DNA of 64,000 nt from Bacillota bacterium (GTDB lineage: Bacteria; Bacillota; Dethiobacteria; DTU022): positions 4,158 through 68,157 of the forward strand of contig JAABTH010000001.1 in assembly GCA_011389985.1 (NCBI GenBank). The letters are read 5' to 3'. The notes under the pieces are model-generated. The model saw only the letters and a program-made list of their open reading frames with translations. It did no database searches and was not told where the DNA came from. This document shows, in pieces, positions 60,510 to 64,000 of the stretch (position 1 is its first letter; each line of letters opens with the position of its first letter). Both the position numbers and the translations under genes were made by a program.

Positions 60510-62222
60510 CTATTCAGGTTTAGTAATATCAAGCTTTTTCATCCTATAATCCAGGCTTTGTCTTATTATACCTAATTCTTTAGATGTTTTAGTCAAATGC
60601 CAGTTGTTTTTCAACAAGCTTTTTCGAAGTATCCTTGCTTCAAACGTATTTAGCATTTTGGGCAATGATTGAGTTGAATTTGTGCGAGAACTCAAATCGT
60701 CTTGTTGGACGAGACTGTCTATAAAGAAGTCTGGTAAATGTTCAACGCCTAATTGCTTTCCATCAGCTTTTATCATTGCAGATTGTATGGTGTGTTCAAG
60801 TTCACGTATATTCCCCGGCCATTGATATTTAATTAATGTCTGTTGAAGTTCATTCACCAAAAATTCAATTTTCTTACCTAACAGCTTTTTATGTTTATTG
60901 ATGAAATAATAAGAGAGATAAATAATATCCTTATCGCGTTCTCTTAAAGGCGGTATTTGAATAATCGCTCCAGCAATTCTATAATAGAAATCTTCTCGTA
61001 GAATATTTCTTTCGATTAATTCCGCAGGGTTTTTATTAGTAGCACAGATTAATCTACAATTAACTGGTATTGTATTTAACCCCCCGATTTTCCTAATAAG
61101 CTTTTCTTCAACCGCCCGAAGAAGTTTAGTTTGTAGCGTGATTGGGAGTGAATTGACTTCATCTAAAAACAAGGTCCCCTTCTTGGCTGCTTCAAATAAA
61201 CCAATTCGATCTACTGCACCAGTATAGGAACCCTTAACAGTACCAAAGAGTGTACTTTCAAGTAAATTTTCAGGGATAGCGGCACAGTTAATAGCAATAA
61301 ATGGTTCGTTTTGATTCTGACCAAAGTTATGGATACTCTGGGCAAAAAGCTCTTTTCCTGTTCCCGTTTCACCTACAATTAGTACATTGGTCTGCATTAA
61401 AGCAACATTCTGGGCTTCTTTAATTAGACCTTTCATCTTCTTGCTTTCTGATTTTATATTATCAAATGTATACTTTGTGCCATTTCTGTTTATCGGTCTT
61501 TCGCTTTGACTACTATCATTTGAGAATAATTGTCTTTTTAAATCAATGGTTTCGTGTAGCAGGTTTCTTAATGACGTTTCATTTTTACTGACAGTATAGA
61601 CGGCAATGGTCTTGCCGTTTTTATAAATTGGATATGTGCTATATGAAAGATATTTAGCTTCGCCATTAGTAAATGCATGTGCCTTATAAGCATTAAATAT
61701 CGGTTTGCCGGAATTAAACACCTCTCTGTGCTCAGACAGCTCTGGATTATTGTATCCATATGCATCCCAGAGATATTTTCTTAGTATATTTTTTGCTTTT
61801 AATCCTTCCAATTCTTCTTGAGACTTATTATATAGAACTAATCTGCCATTATGGTCGCTGATAATGACACCCTCATAGATGTTATCAATAATCTCTTCCA
61901 GGCAATAAAGCCTAACACTATCATTGCAAAAATCTACCATGCTGTTAAAAATAATAATCTGGTATTCGTTTTCTTCAGATTGGCATAGCTTTAACTTTAC
62001 CTCATATACTTTATCTCTTATAGTATGTAAGGTCTCGCCATCTTTTTTCAAGGATTTTAGATCAATATCAATCACAGATGATAGTGAATTACCATATATA
62101 ACTTCCCTGGTGCATAACGGTTTTATTTTTCGATCAGCAAAAATAATTTGATCACTTTCATCTAATACTATGCAACCATCTATATATTCTTCCAGTAATT
62201 CAATTAAAAACAACCCTTCCAT
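60510..62222 (-). CDS. Sigma54-dependent transcriptional activator (PAS-AAA+-HTH, RocR-like)
   Basis: GETGTGKE, ESTLFG..KGSYTGA, LFLDE, WPGNIREL, C-terminal HTH. Confidence 0.92.
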   Translation of the reverse strand: MEGLFLIELLEEYIDGCIVLDESDQIIFADRKIKPLCTREVIYGNSLSSVIDIDLKSLKKDGETLHTIRDKVYEVKLKLCQSEENEYQIIIFNSMVDFCNDSVRLYCLEEIIDNIYEGVIISDHNGRLVLYNKSQEELEGLKAKNILRKYLWDAYGYNNPELSEHREVFNSGKPIFNAYKAHAFTNGEAKYLSYSTYPIYKNGKTIAVYTVSKNETSLRNLLHETIDLKRQLFSNDSSQSERPINRNGTKYTFDNIKSESKKMKGLIKEAQNVALMQTNVLIVGETGTGKELFAQSIHNFGQNQNEPFIAINCAAIPENLLESTLFGTVKGSYTGAVDRIGLFEAAKKGTLFLDEVNSLPITLQTKLLRAVEEKLIRKIGGLNTIPVNCRLICATNKNPAELIERNILREDFYYRIAGAIIQIPPLRERDKDIIYLSYYFINKHKKLLGKKIEFLVNELQQTLIKYQWPGNIRELEHTIQSAMIKADGKQLGVEHLPDFFIDSLVQQDDLSSRTNSTQSLPKMLNTFEARILRKSLLKNNWHLTKTSKELGIIRQSLDYRMKKLDITKPE

Positions 62223-62366
62223 TTATTCACATCCCCAGTCAAATCTTTTGGATATTAAAGCTTACTTCTTCTTCCTGATAATATTTCCTTTTCTAACTAC
62301 CAACTGATAACTAAAATTTAATCTGCATTATAAAAAAAATACAGGCCAAACTTTTATATAACAACT

Positions 62367-62381
62367 TGGCATGATAGTTGC
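62367..62381 (+). promoter_or_regulatory. Sigma54 (-24/-12) promoter
   Basis: TGGCATG-ATAG-TTGC, 40 nt before the start codon; divergent from the activator gene. Confidence 0.85.
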
Positions 62382-62421
62382 GTTGTAGTATCAAGTAATT
62401 ATTGTTGAGGAGGTAATCAAA

Positions 62422-64000
62422 TTGACAAAACCGGAAATCTATTATTCTGTTAAGGCAGAGCGGGGAGCGAACCTACGTTGCAAAGGTTGGAAACAGGAGA
62501 CCATCCTGCGCATGCTCGAAAATAACATGGAAAACGCAGAAAAACCGGAAGAATTGGTTATATATGGAGGCATCGGCAAGTGTGCCCGAAACTGGGAATC
62601 ATATCACGCCATAGTTAAAGCCTTAAAAGATCTGGAAAATGACGAGACACTGGTCATGCAGTCAGGAATGCCTGTAGCAGTTTTTAAAACGCACAGGCTA
62701 GCCCCGACAGTTGTGATGGCCAACACTAATATAATGAAAGCAACCTGGCCTATTTTTTACGAATTGCAGGACAAAAATTTAACAATGTTTGCCCAGTACA
62801 CAGCTGCTCCCTGGGAATATATTGGCACCCAGGGAGTAATTCAGGGAACTTTTGAAACCCTTTCAGCGGTGGCCAGAAAATGCTATGATGACTCGCTCGT
62901 TGGTAAAATTTTATTGACGGCAGGTGCTGGTGGGATGGGTGGCAATCAAACCAGGGCGATGACCATGCATGGAGGTGTAGCTATACTGTGTGATGCTAAC
63001 AGGGAGATTATCGAAAGACGTATAAGTAAAAAATTTATGGATGTTTTGGTAGGTTCACTGGACGAAGCGATTATAATGGCGAAAGAGTTTGCTGCGAAAA
63101 AAGAAACTATTGGCATCGGCGTTGTTGGCAACGCTGCTGATATTTTTGAAGAGGCTCTAGCAAAGGGGTTTAGCCCGGATATCGTTACAGAGATGTGCCC
63201 CTGTCACGATCCTCTTTCTTATATCCCATCCGGTTTTACCCCCCAGGAAGCTGACCGACTGAGAATTGAAAACAGGGAACTTTATCTTAAAAAAGCACAG
63301 GAGACTATGATCAGGCAGCTTAGGGCAATGAATGAGTTCTATGAAAGGGAAATCCCCACTTTCGAATATGGAACCAGTATCCGCAAAGAATGTCGTGACG
63401 CAGGGATGCCGGAAGAAGAGGCAATGATAATACCTGGTTTTGTCGCCGAATATATCCGGCCCTTATTCTGTGAAGGGCGTGGCCCTTTCCGCTGGACTTG
63501 TATATCAGGTGAAGCGAGTGATTTAAGCAAACTTGATGATCTTTGCCTTGAGATGTTTGAAGATGATCTTTTAGTAACAAGATGGATCGGGCTTGCCAGG
63601 CAGCATATTCCGATTGAAGCCTTGCCGGCAAGGATTTGTTATCTTGGTTTCGGGCAGCGTAAGAGATTTGCCCTTGCAGTAAATGCTTTGATTAGAACAG
63701 GCGAAGTGAAAGGCCCTGTGGCTTTTTCAAGAGATAATCTAGATTCCGGCTCTATAGTTAACCCTACTTTCGAATCAGAGAATATGCCGGACGGTAGTGA
63801 CCTTATATCGGACTGGCCAATGTTAAACGGGCTGTTAAATGCTATTGGGATGTCTGATTTAATAGCAATACAGGCTAATTACTCGATGGGCGAAGCGGTG
63901 CATACAGGGGTTACTATGATTGCCGATGGCACGGATGAAGCGGATCTCAGGCTTTCCGTTTGCATGACTGTAGACTCGGGTATCGGAGTTGTCCGGCATG
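62422..64000 (+). CDS. hutU: Urocanate hydratase family protein, divergent (3' end off window; not in ORF track)
   Basis: GAGGAGG + TTG; LRCKGWKQE, ELVIYGGIGK.ARNW, YIGTQG, GRGPFRW, LPARIC, RD.LDSGS. Confidence 0.88.
   Translation, partial: MTKPEIYYSVKAERGANLRCKGWKQETILRMLENNMENAEKPEELVIYGGIGKCARNWESYHAIVKALKDLENDETLVMQSGMPVAVFKTHRLAPTVVMANTNIMKATWPIFYELQDKNLTMFAQYTAAPWEYIGTQGVIQGTFETLSAVARKCYDDSLVGKILLTAGAGGMGGNQTRAMTMHGGVAILCDANREIIERRISKKFMDVLVGSLDEAIIMAKEFAAKKETIGIGVVGNAADIFEEALAKGFSPDIVTEMCPCHDPLSYIPSGFTPQEADRLRIENRELYLKKAQETMIRQLRAMNEFYEREIPTFEYGTSIRKECRDAGMPEEEAMIIPGFVAEYIRPLFCEGRGPFRWTCISGEASDLSKLDDLCLEMFEDDLLVTRWIGLARQHIPIEALPARICYLGFGQRKRFALAVNALIRTGEVKGPVAFSRDNLDSGSIVNPTFESENMPDGSDLISDWPMLNGLLNAIGMSDLIAIQANYSMGEAVHTGVTMIADGTDEADLRLSVCMTVDSGIGVVRH

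Noticed and set aside
62946-63631. Short minus-strand ORFs
   Set aside because: Shadows of the plus-strand urocanase-family gene; the same applies to most short antisense ORFs in the track.

Overview
A low-to-moderate GC anaerobic Firmicute chromosome segment, judged from AGGAGG ribosome-binding sites, sigmaA promoters, HutP and YtfJ. Acidic lipoproteins hint at a halo/alkaliphile. Positions 1-44.3 kb are an accessory patchwork of small stress genes, TA modules, gene fragments and redox enzymes. lepA (44.5 kb) starts a more core-like metabolic block. Three things stand out. (1) A REP-associated HUH tyrosine transposase (RAYT, 17604-18359) sits at the centre of a mirror-symmetric set of 27-nt hairpin repeats (AACACA-RGGGACGGTTCTTT-TGTGTT). 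Intact copies are forward on its left and reversed on its right, and six of seven lie just 5' of a gene or operon pointing away from the RAYT, an integron-like cassette layout that includes an encapsulin/ferritin-like unit bracketed by ~68-bp direct repeats. (2) An operon (HisC-family aminotransferase, ADP-forming acyl-CoA synthetase, hutP, iorAB, non-Pyl MttB) carries two TAG-N4-CAG-N4-GAG + terminator leaders, suggesting HutP control and an ATP-yielding oxidative histidine route; a sigma54-driven divergent urocanase lies next to it. (3) An ICMT-like methyltransferase, a GH3 acyl-amido synthetase and a 7TM-GAF-GGDEF-HD-GYP protein form a module that looks like a signal synthase/receptor pair. 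All family assignments come from motif recognition by eye; no database searches were run.
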